From Sphingobium sp. (GTDB lineage: Bacteria > Pseudomonadota > Alphaproteobacteria > Sphingomonadales > Sphingomonadaceae): a DNA stretch of 64,000 nt. The stretch is taken from positions 12,465-76,464 of the forward strand of contig QFQF01000009.1 in assembly GCA_003248935.1 (NCBI GenBank). Direction: 5' to 3'. Under the pieces are notes generated by a model. That model searched no databases, was not told the origin of the DNA, and saw nothing but the letters and a program-made list of their open reading frames with translations. Positions 1 to 10,582 of the stretch are shown here, in pieces (position 1 is the stretch's first letter; each line of letters begins with the position of its first letter). Both the position numbers and the translations under genes were made by a program.

Positions 1-50
1 AAAGCGGACCAGGTGCCCCGGCCGACGATATGGTGATTCTGAACGGTCAT
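1..50 (-). CDS. 5' end of a gene running off the window (MTVQNHHIVGRGTWSA...), function unknown
   Basis: ATG at 50 overlaps the GNAT stop codon (ATGA overlap), typical translational coupling; only 16 codons visible. Confidence 0.45.
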   Translation of the reverse strand, partial: MTVQNHHIVGRGTWSA

Positions 51-1225
51 GCTCGGTCTTTCATCGGCTTGATCCCTCGCCCTCGGGCAAGGGCGGTCAG
101 GCGCTCTGCGGCCCCGGCGGCGGCAAAGGCGGCCTGCCGGCGAAGGCGCGCGGAGCCGCGAAGCGCCACGCGGTATTGGGCAATGCTGCGGCGCTCGACC
201 CACAGGCTGTCGATCATCGGGTGCCCGGGCGCGGCACAGCTGTCCATCCAGCCCAGGTCAGGGTCGCCCTGCACCGCACGCAGATTGTCGATCTCCACCA
301 GCACGCCGGGCGAAAAGCGGCCCAGCGCCTCGTCGATCGCGATCTTGAAGGAGAAGGCCCCGTCCATGTGACGGAAATTGACCAGCATCGCGATCGCCCG
401 CCCGTCGAGGTCGATGCGCAGCATGTGCAATGCGCCGTTCGCGAACGCGCGTGCGCAGCTCTCATGCAGGAAGGCGACATCGCTCGCCCGCTGCCCGAGC
501 GCAGTGCCCTCCGCCCCCTTCCATCCCGACGCCTCCAGTGTCAGGAAATCCGCGCACCAGCCGGGCAGTTCCGCGCCCTCGGTGAGCGTCCGGTGCGTGA
601 CCGTGCCCATTTCGCCGAGGCGCTTCTGCAACCGCCGCAGTTCCTTGCGCTTCTTCGCGCGGACATTGGTTTCCCAATAGGCGTCGGCAGTGAGGTCGCT
701 GGCCAGCAGCGCGCGGTCGTAACGCTGGATTTCGACGAACGGGCGCCGCTGTGCCACGCACACGGCCTCCAGCGCCGCGGCGTTGGCACCGGCCGCGCCA
801 AGGCCCGAGAGATGCAGGAAATGCGCGGCCCCCGGCATCGCGTCGAGCCGCGCCAGGAACCCGGCCCATGCCATCTGCTCTTGCCCACGGCGGACCAGCG
901 GCGCGCCGAGGAAGCAGTGGCGATGCGTCCAGTTGGCGACATTGCCGATCGGCAGGCGCCCGTGACGCCGTGCGGACACGATCGGCATCAGCCCGATCAA
1001 CCGTCCGTCCGCGTCCTCGACCTCGATCATGCGCACCTCCTCCCGCTCGTCCAGATGCGCGAGCGCGGGCAGCAGCAGGGCGGGGGTGTAGAAGGCGTTG
1101 GCTTCGGCCGCGCCGGACGCAAGATCGGCCCAGCGCGCCGCCTGCAACGCGGGCACCGTCCGGCCGATACCGGGGGTCAGCGCTGGATCGGGCGCCATGT
1201 CCATCGCGCCGATGATAGTCGTCAA
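47..1225 (-). CDS. GNAT-family N-acetyltransferase (CelD/BcsL-like)
   Basis: 392 aa; KKRKELRRLQKRL, LEASGWKG, FSFKIAIDE, FSPGVL motifs typical of this GNAT subfamily; co-oriented after cysQ. Confidence 0.75.
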   Translation of the reverse strand: MTTIIGAMDMAPDPALTPGIGRTVPALQAARWADLASGAAEANAFYTPALLLPALAHLDEREEVRMIEVEDADGRLIGLMPIVSARRHGRLPIGNVANWTHRHCFLGAPLVRRGQEQMAWAGFLARLDAMPGAAHFLHLSGLGAAGANAAALEAVCVAQRRPFVEIQRYDRALLASDLTADAYWETNVRAKKRKELRRLQKRLGEMGTVTHRTLTEGAELPGWCADFLTLEASGWKGAEGTALGQRASDVAFLHESCARAFANGALHMLRIDLDGRAIAMLVNFRHMDGAFSFKIAIDEALGRFSPGVLVEIDNLRAVQGDPDLGWMDSCAAPGHPMIDSLWVERRSIAQYRVALRGSARLRRQAAFAAAGAAERLTALARGRGIKPMKDRA

Positions 1226-1298
1226 CGGTTAGAGAATGGCTAAGTATCGCGCGGCACACGTTCCCGGAACGGGACGGCTCCGCAACGGCCGGATGCCC

Positions 1299-2069
1299 CT
1301 AACCTGCCGCGACCAGTTCCAGCACGCGCTGCGCATAGACGGGGGCGCAGATCAGCAGGTCGGGCATGTAGACGTCCGCGCGGTTGTAGACGAGCGGGGA
1401 GCTGTCGACGCGCGAACAGTGGAGGCCATGCGCCGCGGCAACGGCCACGGGCGCCGCACTGTCCCATTCATACTGACCGCCGGTATGCAGGTAGATGTCG
1501 GCCTCCCCGCGCACGACCGCCATCGCCTTGGCCCCGGCCGAACCCATCGGCACCAGTTCGGCACCGAGCGCCTCCGCAACCGCAAGCGCTTCCGCCGCCG
1601 GACGGGTACGGCTGACCAGCATGCGCGGAGGACTGGCGGGCGGCGGAACGGGGGCGGCCTGGTCCGAGCGCAGCACGACACCCAGGCCGGGCAGCGCCAC
1701 CGCGCCGATACACGCGACCCCGTCAACCGCCAGCGCGACATGCACGGCCCAGTCGGTCCGCTCCTCGCCATATTCGCGAGTGCCGTCGACCGGATCGACG
1801 ATCCACACCCGGCTCTTGCCGAGGCGGCTGCCGTCGCACTTCATCTCCTCCGAGAGCAGACCATCGTCCGGTCGCGCCTCCCGCAGGGCATGGACCAGGA
1901 ACTGATTGGCGGTCTGGTCACCCGCCTTGCCCAGCGCCTTCGCGCCGAAGATGCCCGAGGCACGCACATCCAGCAGGATGCGGCCCGCAATCTCCGCCAG
2001 ATGGGCGGCAAGTTCGCCGTCGTTATACGAAGCGGACGCGGTTTCAGCCGTCAAAGGTCCGGACTCCAT
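1299..2069 (-). CDS. cysQ: 3'(2'),5'-bisphosphate nucleotidase
   Basis: Inositol monophosphatase fold motifs [22 protein letters not shown]; follows cysNC. Confidence 0.9.
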   Translation of the reverse strand: MESGPLTAETASASYNDGELAAHLAEIAGRILLDVRASGIFGAKALGKAGDQTANQFLVHALREARPDDGLLSEEMKCDGSRLGKSRVWIVDPVDGTREYGEERTDWAVHVALAVDGVACIGAVALPGLGVVLRSDQAAPVPPPASPPRMLVSRTRPAAEALAVAEALGAELVPMGSAGAKAMAVVRGEADIYLHTGGQYEWDSAAPVAVAAAHGLHCSRVDSSPLVYNRADVYMPDLLICAPVYAQRVLELVAAG

Positions 2070-3988
2070 ACGCCGATCACCGCCTCGACAATCCGGTCAG
2101 CCGCCTCCTCGGCGGATAGCGCAGTGGTGTCGATACGCACTTCCGGGCTCTGCGGCGGTTCATAGGGGCTGTCGATGCCGGTGAAGTTCTTGAGCGCGCC
2201 ACTGCGCGCCTTCCGATAGAGGCCCTTCACGTCGCGCCGTTCCGCTTCTTCCAGCGGGGTATCGATGAAGATTTCGAGGAACTCACCCTCCGGCAGCATC
2301 TGCCGCACCATCTCCCGCTCCGAACGGAAGGGGGAAATGAATGCGGTGATGACGATCAGGCCCGCGTCGGTCATCAGCTTCGCCACTTCGCCGACGCGAC
2401 GGATGTTCTCCACCCGGTCGGCGTCAGTGAAGCCCAGATCCTTGTTCAGGCCATGGCGCACATTGTCGCCGTCGAGCAGGAAAGTGTGACGGCCCAGTGC
2501 GTGCAGCTTCTTCTCGACGATGTTCGCGATCGTCGACTTGCCCGAACCGGAAAGGCCGGTGAACCACAAGAGACGGGACGCCTGCCCCTTCTGTGCGGCG
2601 TGCGCGTCCCGCGTGATGTCCACCGCCTGCCAGTGGATGTTCTGCGCACGGCGTAGCGCGAAGCGGATCATGCCCGCACCGACGGTGCGGTTGGTCATCC
2701 GGTCGATCAAGATGAAGCCGCCCAGATCCCTGTCGGCCTCATACGCCTCGAACGGCACCGCCCGGTCGAGGGCGATATTGACCACGCCGATGGCGTTGAG
2801 ATCGAGCGTCTTGGCCGCACGCTGGACCAGCGTATTGACGCAGATCTCATATTTCGGCGCGGTGATCGTCGCCGACAAGGTACGCGTGCCGATCTTCAGC
2901 CAATAGGGGCGGCCGGGCAGCATCTCGGCCTCGTCCATCCAGACCAGGGTCGCCTCGAACTGGTCGGCGACCTCGGGCGGATTATCGGCGGTCGCGATCA
3001 CGTCGCCGCGCGAGCAGTCGATCTCATCAGCGAAGCAAAGCGTCACCGACTGCCCGGCGACCGCGCGGTCGAGGTCGCCGTCCATGGTGACGATCCGCGT
3101 GACCGTGCTGGTCTTGCCAGAAGGCAGCACACGGACGGCGTCACCCGGCCGGACCGCGCCGCTGGAGATCAGGCCGGAGAAGCCCCGGAAGTCGAGATTG
3201 GGGCGGTTCACCCATTGCACCCCCATGCGGAACGGACGTGCCTGCGCAGCGGTAGCGTCGACCTCCACCGTCTCCAGATGCTCCATCAGCGTCGGCCCCT
3301 GATACCAGGGCGTATTGACCGAACGGGCGGTGATGTTGTCGCCCTTGAAGCCGGAGATCGGCATCGGCGTAAATGCGGCGATACCGATGCTCTTCGCGAA
3401 CTCCGCATAATCGGCGACGATCGCGTCGAACACCGACTGGTCGTAACCGACCAGATCCATCTTGTTCACCGCCAGCACGATATGACGGATACCGATCAGG
3501 TGGGCGAGATAGCTGTGGCGGCGGGTCTGCGTCAGCACGCCCTTGCGCGCGTCGATCAGGATGACGGCAAGGTCCGCGGTCGACGCGCCCGTCACCATGT
3601 TACGGGTATATTGTTCGTGCCCCGGGGTATCGGCGACAATGAACTTGCGCTTTTCCGTCGCGAAGAAGCGATAGGCGACGTCGATGGTGATGCCCTGCTC
3701 ACGCTCGGCGGCGAGGCCATCGACGAGGAGCGCGAAGTCGATTTCCTGCCCCTGCGTGCCCACCCGCCTGGAGTCCGCCTCCAGTGCCGCGAGCTGATCC
3801 TCGAAGATCATCTTGCTGTCGTAGAGCAACCGCCCGATCAGCGTCGACTTGCCGTCGTCCACGGACCCGCAAGTGATGAACCGCAGCATCGTCTTGTTCT
3901 GATGCGCGGTCAGATAGGCGTCGATGTCCTGCGCGATCAGGGCGTCGGTCTTGTAGATGGGTTCGTTGGCATCGAGCACGTCCGACAT
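2051..3988 (-). CDS. cysNC: Bifunctional sulfate adenylyltransferase subunit 1 / APS kinase (CysN/CysC, NodQ-like)
   Basis: GTPase motifs [19 protein letters not shown]-terminal APS kinase [22 protein letters not shown]. Confidence 0.97.
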   Translation of the reverse strand: MSDVLDANEPIYKTDALIAQDIDAYLTAHQNKTMLRFITCGSVDDGKSTLIGRLLYDSKMIFEDQLAALEADSRRVGTQGQEIDFALLVDGLAAEREQGITIDVAYRFFATEKRKFIVADTPGHEQYTRNMVTGASTADLAVILIDARKGVLTQTRRHSYLAHLIGIRHIVLAVNKMDLVGYDQSVFDAIVADYAEFAKSIGIAAFTPMPISGFKGDNITARSVNTPWYQGPTLMEHLETVEVDATAAQARPFRMGVQWVNRPNLDFRGFSGLISSGAVRPGDAVRVLPSGKTSTVTRIVTMDGDLDRAVAGQSVTLCFADEIDCSRGDVIATADNPPEVADQFEATLVWMDEAEMLPGRPYWLKIGTRTLSATITAPKYEICVNTLVQRAAKTLDLNAIGVVNIALDRAVPFEAYEADRDLGGFILIDRMTNRTVGAGMIRFALRRAQNIHWQAVDITRDAHAAQKGQASRLLWFTGLSGSGKSTIANIVEKKLHALGRHTFLLDGDNVRHGLNKDLGFTDADRVENIRRVGEVAKLMTDAGLIVITAFISPFRSEREMVRQMLPEGEFLEIFIDTPLEEAERRDVKGLYRKARSGALKNFTGIDSPYEPPQSPEVRIDTTALSAEEAADRIVEAVIGVWSPDL

Positions 3989-4920
3989 CAGAAGTACCCC
4001 TCCTGCTTCTTCTTTTCCATGCTGGCATCGCCCGCGTCGCGATCGATCGCGCGGCCCTGCCGTTCGGAGGTGGTCGTCAGCAGCATTTCCTGGATCACGT
4101 CCGTGAGGGTCGCCGCCTCGCTCTCCACCGCGCCGGTCAGCGGATAACAGCCGAGCGTGCGGAAGCGGATCGAGCGCGTCACCGGCTCCTCGCCGGGATT
4201 GAGGCGGAAACGGTCGTCGTCGACCATCAGCAGCAAGCCGTCACGCTCCACCGTCGGACGCGGCGCGGAGAAATAGAGCGGCACGATCTCTATCCCCTCC
4301 AGATGGATATATTGCCAGATGTCGAGCTCAGTCCAGTTGGAGATCGGGAAGACGCGCATGCTCTCCCCCTTCGCCTTGCGGGCATTATAGAGATGCCACA
4401 GTTCGGGCCGCTGGTTCTTGGGATCCCAGCGGTGGTTGGCGGAACGGAAGGAGAAGACGCGTTCCTTCGCCCGGCTCTTCTCCTCATCGCGGCGCGCACC
4501 GCCGAAGGCCGCATCGAAGCCATAGAGATCGAGCGCCTGCTTCAGCCCCTCGGTCTTCCACATATCGGTGTGCAGCGGGCCGTGGTCGAAGGGGTTGATG
4601 CCCTTCTCCTTCGCCTCGGGATTCTGGTAGACGAGCAGTTCCATGCCCGCCTGCTTTGCTGCCTTGTCGCGCAGTGCGTACATGTCCCGGAATTTCCAGG
4701 TGGTGTCGACGTGCAGCAGGGGAAAGGGCGGCGGCGAGGGATAGAAGGCTTTCTTGGCGAGATGCAGCATCACGGCCGAATCCTTGCCCACCGAATAAAG
4801 CATCACGGGGCGCTCGGCCTCCGCCACCACCTCCCGCATGATATGGATCGCCTCGCTCTCCAGCCGCTGGAGGTGCGTCAGCGCCGTGGGGGTAAGGGGC
4901 AGATCAACGGGCATGGTCAT
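3988..4920 (-). CDS. cysD: Sulfate adenylyltransferase subunit 2
   Basis: [33 protein letters not shown]-terminal [10 protein letters not shown]. Confidence 0.97.
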   Translation of the reverse strand: MTMPVDLPLTPTALTHLQRLESEAIHIMREVVAEAERPVMLYSVGKDSAVMLHLAKKAFYPSPPPFPLLHVDTTWKFRDMYALRDKAAKQAGMELLVYQNPEAKEKGINPFDHGPLHTDMWKTEGLKQALDLYGFDAAFGGARRDEEKSRAKERVFSFRSANHRWDPKNQRPELWHLYNARKAKGESMRVFPISNWTELDIWQYIHLEGIEIVPLYFSAPRPTVERDGLLLMVDDDRFRLNPGEEPVTRSIRFRTLGCYPLTGAVESEAATLTDVIQEMLLTTTSERQGRAIDRDAGDASMEKKKQEGYF

Positions 4921-5189
4921 TCAACAGGACTCCTGGCGCCGGTGGGCGCATGGCGCCGCCGGCGAGTGGCACTCCAGCTACCAGCAAGCAACGTCCGAAC
5001 AAAGAAAGCTTTATTCGGGCAGGCGAAAGCCTGTGTAGTCGGGGGGCCCCCGGAAAAGCGCGGTGAGACCGGGACGGAGCCGGGCAGACGCCACTCAACA
5101 GTCCGGAGCGGACACAATTGCGGCCGAATTTAACCGATTGCAAAGGCTGTTTTTGCGATTCTGGATGCACAGGAAAAAAGGAGGGTAAT

Positions 5190-5651
5190 ATGGGTGCGAC
5201 GTCCCGATGGCCCAGTCCCGAGGAGGAGATGGGTGCGGAACTGAGCGGCGGCGAGCTGGAGCTTGCGCTGGCACGGATGCTGATCGGCTATTCGCAGCTG
5301 AGGCAGAGCCAGTTTCCGCATCTGACGCAGGATTCGCATTTCAACATTCTGATCGATCTCTACATCAGCGAACGGCGGGGCATGCGCACCACCGTGACCG
5401 ATGCGTGCATCGCGTCGCTGGGACCGCAGACCACGGCGCTGCGCGCGATAGCCGCGATGGAGGACGTGGGGCTGGTACGCCGGGAGGCCGATCCGATGGA
5501 CCATCGGCGCAAATTCCTGATCCTGACTGACGAAGGCCGGCTGGAAGTACGTCATTTCCTGCACAAGAGTCTGCCACTGGCGCGGCAGGTGCCGGAAAGC
5601 GCACCTCTGCAAACCGGAACCCAGACGCGCGATAATCCACTGTCGCGCTGA
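5190..5651 (+). CDS. MarR-like winged-helix DNA-binding protein
   Basis: GGAGG RBS before ATG 5190; ILIDLY, TTALRAIAAMEDVGLVRREADPMDHRRKFLILT wing motif; divergent from cysD. Confidence 0.7.
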   Translation: MGATSRWPSPEEEMGAELSGGELELALARMLIGYSQLRQSQFPHLTQDSHFNILIDLYISERRGMRTTVTDACIASLGPQTTALRAIAAMEDVGLVRREADPMDHRRKFLILTDEGRLEVRHFLHKSLPLARQVPESAPLQTGTQTRDNPLSR

Positions 5652-5725
5652 TCGGCAGCCTGACGCTGAAGACGCCAATCCCAGGCCGTCAGTAAACCGA
5701 AGCCGTTATGTGCCGAAGGGCGGTG

Positions 5726-6094
5726 TCAGGCCTTTTCGAGGGTGCACTGGAGCGGGTGTTGGTTCTGGCGCGCGAAGTCCATCACCTGGTTCACCTTGGT
5801 CTCCGCGACCTCGTAGCTGAAAATGCCGCATACTCCGACGCCGCGCTGATGGACGTGCAGCATGACGCGCGTCGCCTCCTCCATGTCCATGCGGAAGAAG
5901 CGCTGGAGGACATGCACGACGAATTCCATCGGCGTGTAGTCGTCGTTCAGCATCAGCACCTTATAGAGCGACGGCTTCTTGGTGCGGGCGCGCGTACGGG
6001 TCGCGATCCCCACGCCGGGACCCGCGCCGTCCTCGTCGTCCTTCCGCTCCGCCATCGTAACGGAGAGGCGATAATCAGTCATCGTGCTGTCCAT
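5726..6094 (-). CDS. clpS: ATP-dependent Clp protease adaptor ClpS (start uncertain: 6094/6082/6055)
   Basis: [39 protein letters not shown]. Confidence 0.95.
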   Translation of the reverse strand: MDSTMTDYRLSVTMAERKDDEDGAGPGVGIATRTRARTKKPSLYKVLMLNDDYTPMEFVVHVLQRFFRMDMEEATRVMLHVHQRGVGVCGIFSYEVAETKVNQVMDFARQNQHPLQCTLEKA

Positions 6095-6105
6095 GTTCAC
6101 GCACG

Positions 6106-6133
6106 ATATGGCAATTGCGGGGGACGGCGCAAG
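6106..6133 (-). promoter_or_regulatory. Possible RpoH-type promoter of clpS
   Basis: CTTG-N18-CCATAT on the minus strand just upstream of clpS. Confidence 0.4.
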
Positions 6134-6209
6134 AGGCGACGGGTCGATCCCGTCCCATTCTCTGCCGGATTTCGAGATCATCCAGCAACAAATGCCCCGC
6201 GACCGTCCG

Positions 6210-6249
6210 AAAAAAAGAAACGGGCGGCTCCCCGCTGGGGAACCGCCCG
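6210..6249 (-). terminator. Rho-independent terminator after the phasin gene
   Basis: CGGGCGG...CCGCCCG GC-rich stem followed by TTTCTTTTTTT on the minus strand. Confidence 0.8.
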
Positions 6250-6274
6250 GAAATAATCGATCCTGCCGAAAGGA

Positions 6275-7288
6275 TCAGGCGGCCATCGCCTTCACCTTCT
6301 CGGTCACCAGCGAAACGCGGGTGCTGATCGGCTGCGCAACGTCGCCAGCAAGCTTGATCATCGCTTCACTGCTCTTCGCCGTTTCCTTCGCGAAGCTGTC
6401 GAACGCGGTCGAAAGCAGTTCGCTCTGGAGCTGGAAGAATTCGGTCGGCGACTTGATCGCGGCGAAGCTCTTCATCGTGGCCGTCGCCTTCTCGAAGTTC
6501 TTGCGGCTGTATTCGGCTGCATCCTGGCTCATCGCCTCGACACCCTTGGCGGCGATCTTGCCGGACTCGACGAACGCCTCGACATTACCCTTGGTGATGT
6601 CGCTCAGCTCGCCCAGAGCCTTGGTCGACTTTTCCACGCCAGCCTTCGCCTTGGCATTGAAGTCGGCGAAAGCGGATTCGAACTTCGCTTTGGCTTCGTC
6701 GGTGATCTTCTTCGTGGTCTCGATAACGTCGGTCATTCCTGTTGTTCCTTCTGTCACTGCGGGGGCCGGTGCGGCTTCTGCGGCCGCCGCCGGCATGGGT
6801 TCGATGGCTGCCGGCTGCTCGACCGGCGGCTCCTCAACTGGCGGTGTTAAAACTGCCGCTTCAGCAACCTGCGGTTGCTCAACGGGCAGGGCCGCCACGG
6901 CGGGAATATCCGACGGTGCAGCGTCCTTGGGCTCCGGCGCGGCCTTCGCGACCGGCGGAACCGCCACCTTCGGCGCCTCAGAGACAGGTGCCGGAGTGGA
7001 TTTCGGGGCGGCGGGCTTAACGGCCGCCGGCTTTGGCTTTGGAACGTCGGGCGACACGGCCGCCTTGGGCTTACGACCCGGCTTAGCGCGCACCTTCACA
7101 ACTTCGCCGGTCGCCGCCTGCGCGGCGTTGAGCGCCTGCGCCGCAGTCAGTACGGCGGGCTCCGGCGCGATGGGTGCAGGCATCGCCTTCACGCGCGGCT
7201 TGCGCGTGGCCGCCGCCTTGGCCACCGGTTTAACTACAGCCCGGGTAGTGGGCTTGCGGGGTCTGCCCGGCTTAGATGTGTCGGCCAC
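6275..7288 (-). CDS. phaP: Phasin with long Pro/Ala/Lys-rich N-terminal extension
   Basis: C-terminal phasin domain (KGNVEAFVESGKIAAKG...IKSPTEFFQLQ); GAGG RBS before GTG 7288; adjacent to phaC; second possible start at 6736. Confidence 0.8.
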   Translation of the reverse strand: MADTSKPGRPRKPTTRAVVKPVAKAAATRKPRVKAMPAPIAPEPAVLTAAQALNAAQAATGEVVKVRAKPGRKPKAAVSPDVPKPKPAAVKPAAPKSTPAPVSEAPKVAVPPVAKAAPEPKDAAPSDIPAVAALPVEQPQVAEAAVLTPPVEEPPVEQPAAIEPMPAAAAEAAPAPAVTEGTTGMTDVIETTKKITDEAKAKFESAFADFNAKAKAGVEKSTKALGELSDITKGNVEAFVESGKIAAKGVEAMSQDAAEYSRKNFEKATATMKSFAAIKSPTEFFQLQSELLSTAFDSFAKETAKSSEAMIKLAGDVAQPISTRVSLVTEKVKAMAA

Positions 7289-7310
7289 GGTCGCGTCCTC
7301 ACCTCTTTGT

Positions 7311-7368
7311 TGCAGTGCACAATACGCGAGTCGCTGCGGCTTTGCAATAGTTATTGTGCGGTGCAGCA
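7311..7368. promoter_or_regulatory. Two PhaR-type boxes upstream of the phasin gene
   Basis: TGCAGTGCACAA (7311-7322) and TGCGGTGCAGCA (7357-7368), both fitting TGCRNYGCASMA. Confidence 0.7.
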
Positions 7369-7412
7369 TGGAATTTCGCCCGGTTTTCGGGCGAGTCCGA
7401 TGGTGAACGCGA

Positions 7413-9188
7413 TCAACGGCTCTTCACATAGCGGCCCGGCGCGTCCTCGATCGCCTTCCGCCTGCCCTTCCCCGGTCGCCGCGCGCCCTTCACCGGCACC
7501 GTCTCGGGCGCCAGCGTTTCAAGCCAGCCGAGCCAGTCCGGCCACCAGCTGCCCTTCGTCTCGGTCGCGCCGGAGATGAAGGCGTCGAGCGATGCGACGG
7601 GCGTGTCGTTCGTCCAGTACTGATATTTGTTCGCCGCCGGAGGATTGACGACACCGGCAATATGACCCGACCCCGCAAGGATGAAACGCATCGGACCGGA
7701 CAGATGCCGCGTCAGTTTCCACACGCTGGCGGCGGGTGCGATATGGTCCTCCCGCCCTGCCTGGATATAGGCCGGCGTCCTGACCAGATGCAGGTCGATC
7801 GGCGTGCCATCCACGCTGACGCCACCCGGCACCGCGAGCAGGTTGTCGCGATAGAGGTCGGTCAGATAGGCACGATGCCATGTGACCGGCAGATTGGTGG
7901 TGTCGCCGTTCCAGTAGAGTAGGTCGAACGGCGGATAGTCGTTCCCCAGCAGGTAATTGTTGACGACATAGTTCCAGATCAGGTCGCGCCCGCGCAACAG
8001 GTTGAACGTCATCGCCATATAACGGCCGTCGAGATAGCCGGGCGCGGACAGCTGATCGATGACCTTCAACATCTCAGCATCGACGAACAGGCAGAGATCG
8101 CCGGCTTCGGAAAAGTCGACCTGCGAAACGAAGAACGTCGCGCTCGCCACCTTGTCCGCCTCGCCCCGCGCCGCCAGCAACGCAAGCGTCGCCGCGAGCG
8201 TCGTACCCGCAACGCAATAACCGACGGTATGGACGTTCTCCACCCCCAGCAGGTCGCGCACGGTATCGATCGCGTCGATCTGGCCGCGGACGATGTAATC
8301 GTCCCACGACACGTCCTTCATGTCCGCATCGGCAGATTTCCAGGAGACCATGAACACAGTGACGCCGTTATCCACCGCCCATTTGACGAGACTCTTCTGC
8401 GGCGAGAGGTCGAGGATATAGAAGCGGTTGATCCATGGCGGGAAGATGACGAGTGGGGTCTTGAACACACTCTCCGTCGTCGGGCTATATTGGATCAGTT
8501 GATAGAGCGGGGTCTCGTGAATGACCTTGCCCGGCGTTGCCGCAAGATTGCGGCCGACCTCGAACCGGCTGGCGTCAACCTGGGTCAGCTGCCCCTTTTC
8601 GATGTCGGCAAGCATCCGCTGGAGCCCGGTAAGCAGGTTTTCGCCGCCAGTCTCCAGCGTCTTCTCCAGCACCTTCGGGTTGGTGAAGGGGAAGTTGGAC
8701 GGCGACGCCGCGTCGATCAGGCCGCGCGTGGCGAAGCGCAGCTGCGCCTTCTGCCGCGGATCGATGCCGTCGACCGCGTCCGACAGCCGCAACAGATAGT
8801 CTGAGAGCAGCAGATAACTCTGCCGGATGAGGTCGAACAGGGGATGATCGGCCCAGGCCGGGTCGACGAAACGCCGGTCAGCGGGCGGCGCAATCGGCGT
8901 CACGGGCGCGTCGGTCGTGGCGGATGGGACGCCGCCCATGAAACCGCCGCCGTCGAGAAACCTCTGCCAGAGCGCCATGCCCTCTTTCGCGAAATCGGCC
9001 TGAATGTCCGAGACGACCTCCGGATCGAAAGCCGGGGCGGCAAACGGCAGGCCATGGGTCGGCATCTCCCCGATCAAGCCGCTGGCGCGTTCCAGCATCA
9101 TCTGCTGCGCCCGGCCGATGACCTGGGTCCACTGCTGCATCTGTTCCAGTGTCGGGAGAGTGGCCGTATCCGCATCACCCTGAGCCAT
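7413..9188 (-). CDS. phaC: Class I polyhydroxyalkanoate synthase
   Basis: PPWINRFYILDL, lipase box GYCVAG, REDHIAP, SGHIAG; GGAGG RBS before ATG 9188. Confidence 0.95.
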   Translation of the reverse strand: MAQGDADTATLPTLEQMQQWTQVIGRAQQMMLERASGLIGEMPTHGLPFAAPAFDPEVVSDIQADFAKEGMALWQRFLDGGGFMGGVPSATTDAPVTPIAPPADRRFVDPAWADHPLFDLIRQSYLLLSDYLLRLSDAVDGIDPRQKAQLRFATRGLIDAASPSNFPFTNPKVLEKTLETGGENLLTGLQRMLADIEKGQLTQVDASRFEVGRNLAATPGKVIHETPLYQLIQYSPTTESVFKTPLVIFPPWINRFYILDLSPQKSLVKWAVDNGVTVFMVSWKSADADMKDVSWDDYIVRGQIDAIDTVRDLLGVENVHTVGYCVAGTTLAATLALLAARGEADKVASATFFVSQVDFSEAGDLCLFVDAEMLKVIDQLSAPGYLDGRYMAMTFNLLRGRDLIWNYVVNNYLLGNDYPPFDLLYWNGDTTNLPVTWHRAYLTDLYRDNLLAVPGGVSVDGTPIDLHLVRTPAYIQAGREDHIAPAASVWKLTRHLSGPMRFILAGSGHIAGVVNPPAANKYQYWTNDTPVASLDAFISGATETKGSWWPDWLGWLETLAPETVPVKGARRPGKGRRKAIEDAPGRYVKSR

Positions 9189-9315
9189 TAAACCTCCCCC
9201 CTTGAACCTGCTTCCGCTGGCATGCTGCGGCCAGCCGGTATATAGCGCCATTTCGGCACCTTAAAAGCGCCGAACCCAGCCATTTGATCCGTTCAATGGA
9301 GATAAAGAGGAAGAA

Positions 9316-10527
9316 ATGTCCGAAGAATTCTACCGCATGAAGCGCTTGCCCCCTTACGTCATCGCCGAAGTCAACGCGATGCGGGCAGCGGCGCGCGCGG
9401 CGGGCGAGGACATTATCGACCTGGGCATGGGCAATCCCGACCTGCCGCCGCCCGACCATGTGATTGACAAGCTGGTCGAGGTCGCGCGCAAGCCGGACGC
9501 CCACGGCTATTCCCAGTCAAAGGGTATTCCGGGCCTTCGCAAGGCGCAGGCCAATTATTACGGCCGCCGCTTCGGCGTGGACATCGACCCCGAAACCGAG
9601 GTGGTCGTGACCATGGGGTCGAAGGAAGGGCTTGCCAGCCTCGCCACCGCGATCACCGCGCCGGGCGACGTCGTGCTGGCCCCCAACCCCAGCTACCCGA
9701 TCCACATGTTCGGCTTCATCATCGCGGGCGCGACGATCCGGTCGGTGCCGACGACGCCGGACGAGAATTATTTCCGCGCGCTCGACCGGGCGATGGCCTT
9801 CACCGTGCCGCGCCCGTCGATTCTGGTCGTCAACTATCCGTCGAACCCGACGGCGGAGACGGTCGACCTCGCCTTCTACGAGCGGCTGGTGGCCTGGGCG
9901 AAGGAGAACAAGGTCTGGGTGCTGAGCGACCTTGCCTATTCCGAACTCTATTATGACGGCAACCCGACCCCCTCGATCCTGCAGGTGCCCGGCGCGAAGG
10001 ACATCGCCATCGAATTCACCTCACTATCGAAGACCTATTCGATGGCCGGCTGGCGCATCGGCTTCGCGGTGGGCAACAAGCAACTGATCGCGGCGATGAG
10101 CCGGGTGAAGTCCTATCTCGATTACGGCGCGTTCACGCCGATCCAGGCGGCGGCATGCGCGGCGCTGAACGGCCCGCAGGACATCGTCGAGAAGAACCGC
10201 GAACTCTATCACAAGCGCCGTGACGTGCTGGTCGAAAGCTTCGCCCGATCGGGCTGGGACATTCCGGCGCCGCGTGCATCGATGTTCGCCTGGGCGCCGC
10301 TGCCGCCCGCGCTCAAGGACATGGGGAGCCTGGAATTCTCGAAGCAGCTCCTGACCCATGCCAAGGTCGCGGTGGCGCCCGGCGTCGGCTATGGCGAGGA
10401 TGGCGAGGGCTATGTCCGTATCGCGCTGGTCGAGAACGAACAGCGCCTGCGACAGGCGGCGCGCAACGTGAAGAAGTATCTCCAGTCGATGGGCGTCAAC
10501 ATCGCTTCCACCAAGGGCGCGGCCTGA
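9316..10527 (+). CDS. PLP-dependent class I/II aminotransferase (AlaC / LL-DAP aminotransferase-like)
   Basis: DLGMGNPD, NYPSNPT, DLAY, SLSKTYSMAGWRIG (PLP lysine). Confidence 0.9.
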   Translation: MSEEFYRMKRLPPYVIAEVNAMRAAARAAGEDIIDLGMGNPDLPPPDHVIDKLVEVARKPDAHGYSQSKGIPGLRKAQANYYGRRFGVDIDPETEVVVTMGSKEGLASLATAITAPGDVVLAPNPSYPIHMFGFIIAGATIRSVPTTPDENYFRALDRAMAFTVPRPSILVVNYPSNPTAETVDLAFYERLVAWAKENKVWVLSDLAYSELYYDGNPTPSILQVPGAKDIAIEFTSLSKTYSMAGWRIGFAVGNKQLIAAMSRVKSYLDYGAFTPIQAAACAALNGPQDIVEKNRELYHKRRDVLVESFARSGWDIPAPRASMFAWAPLPPALKDMGSLEFSKQLLTHAKVAVAPGVGYGEDGEGYVRIALVENEQRLRQAARNVKKYLQSMGVNIASTKGAA

Positions 10528-10582
10528 AGGCAATGACGCGGGGGAATAACGCCGGGAGGCCGGGCCGCGGCGGGATGAACGC

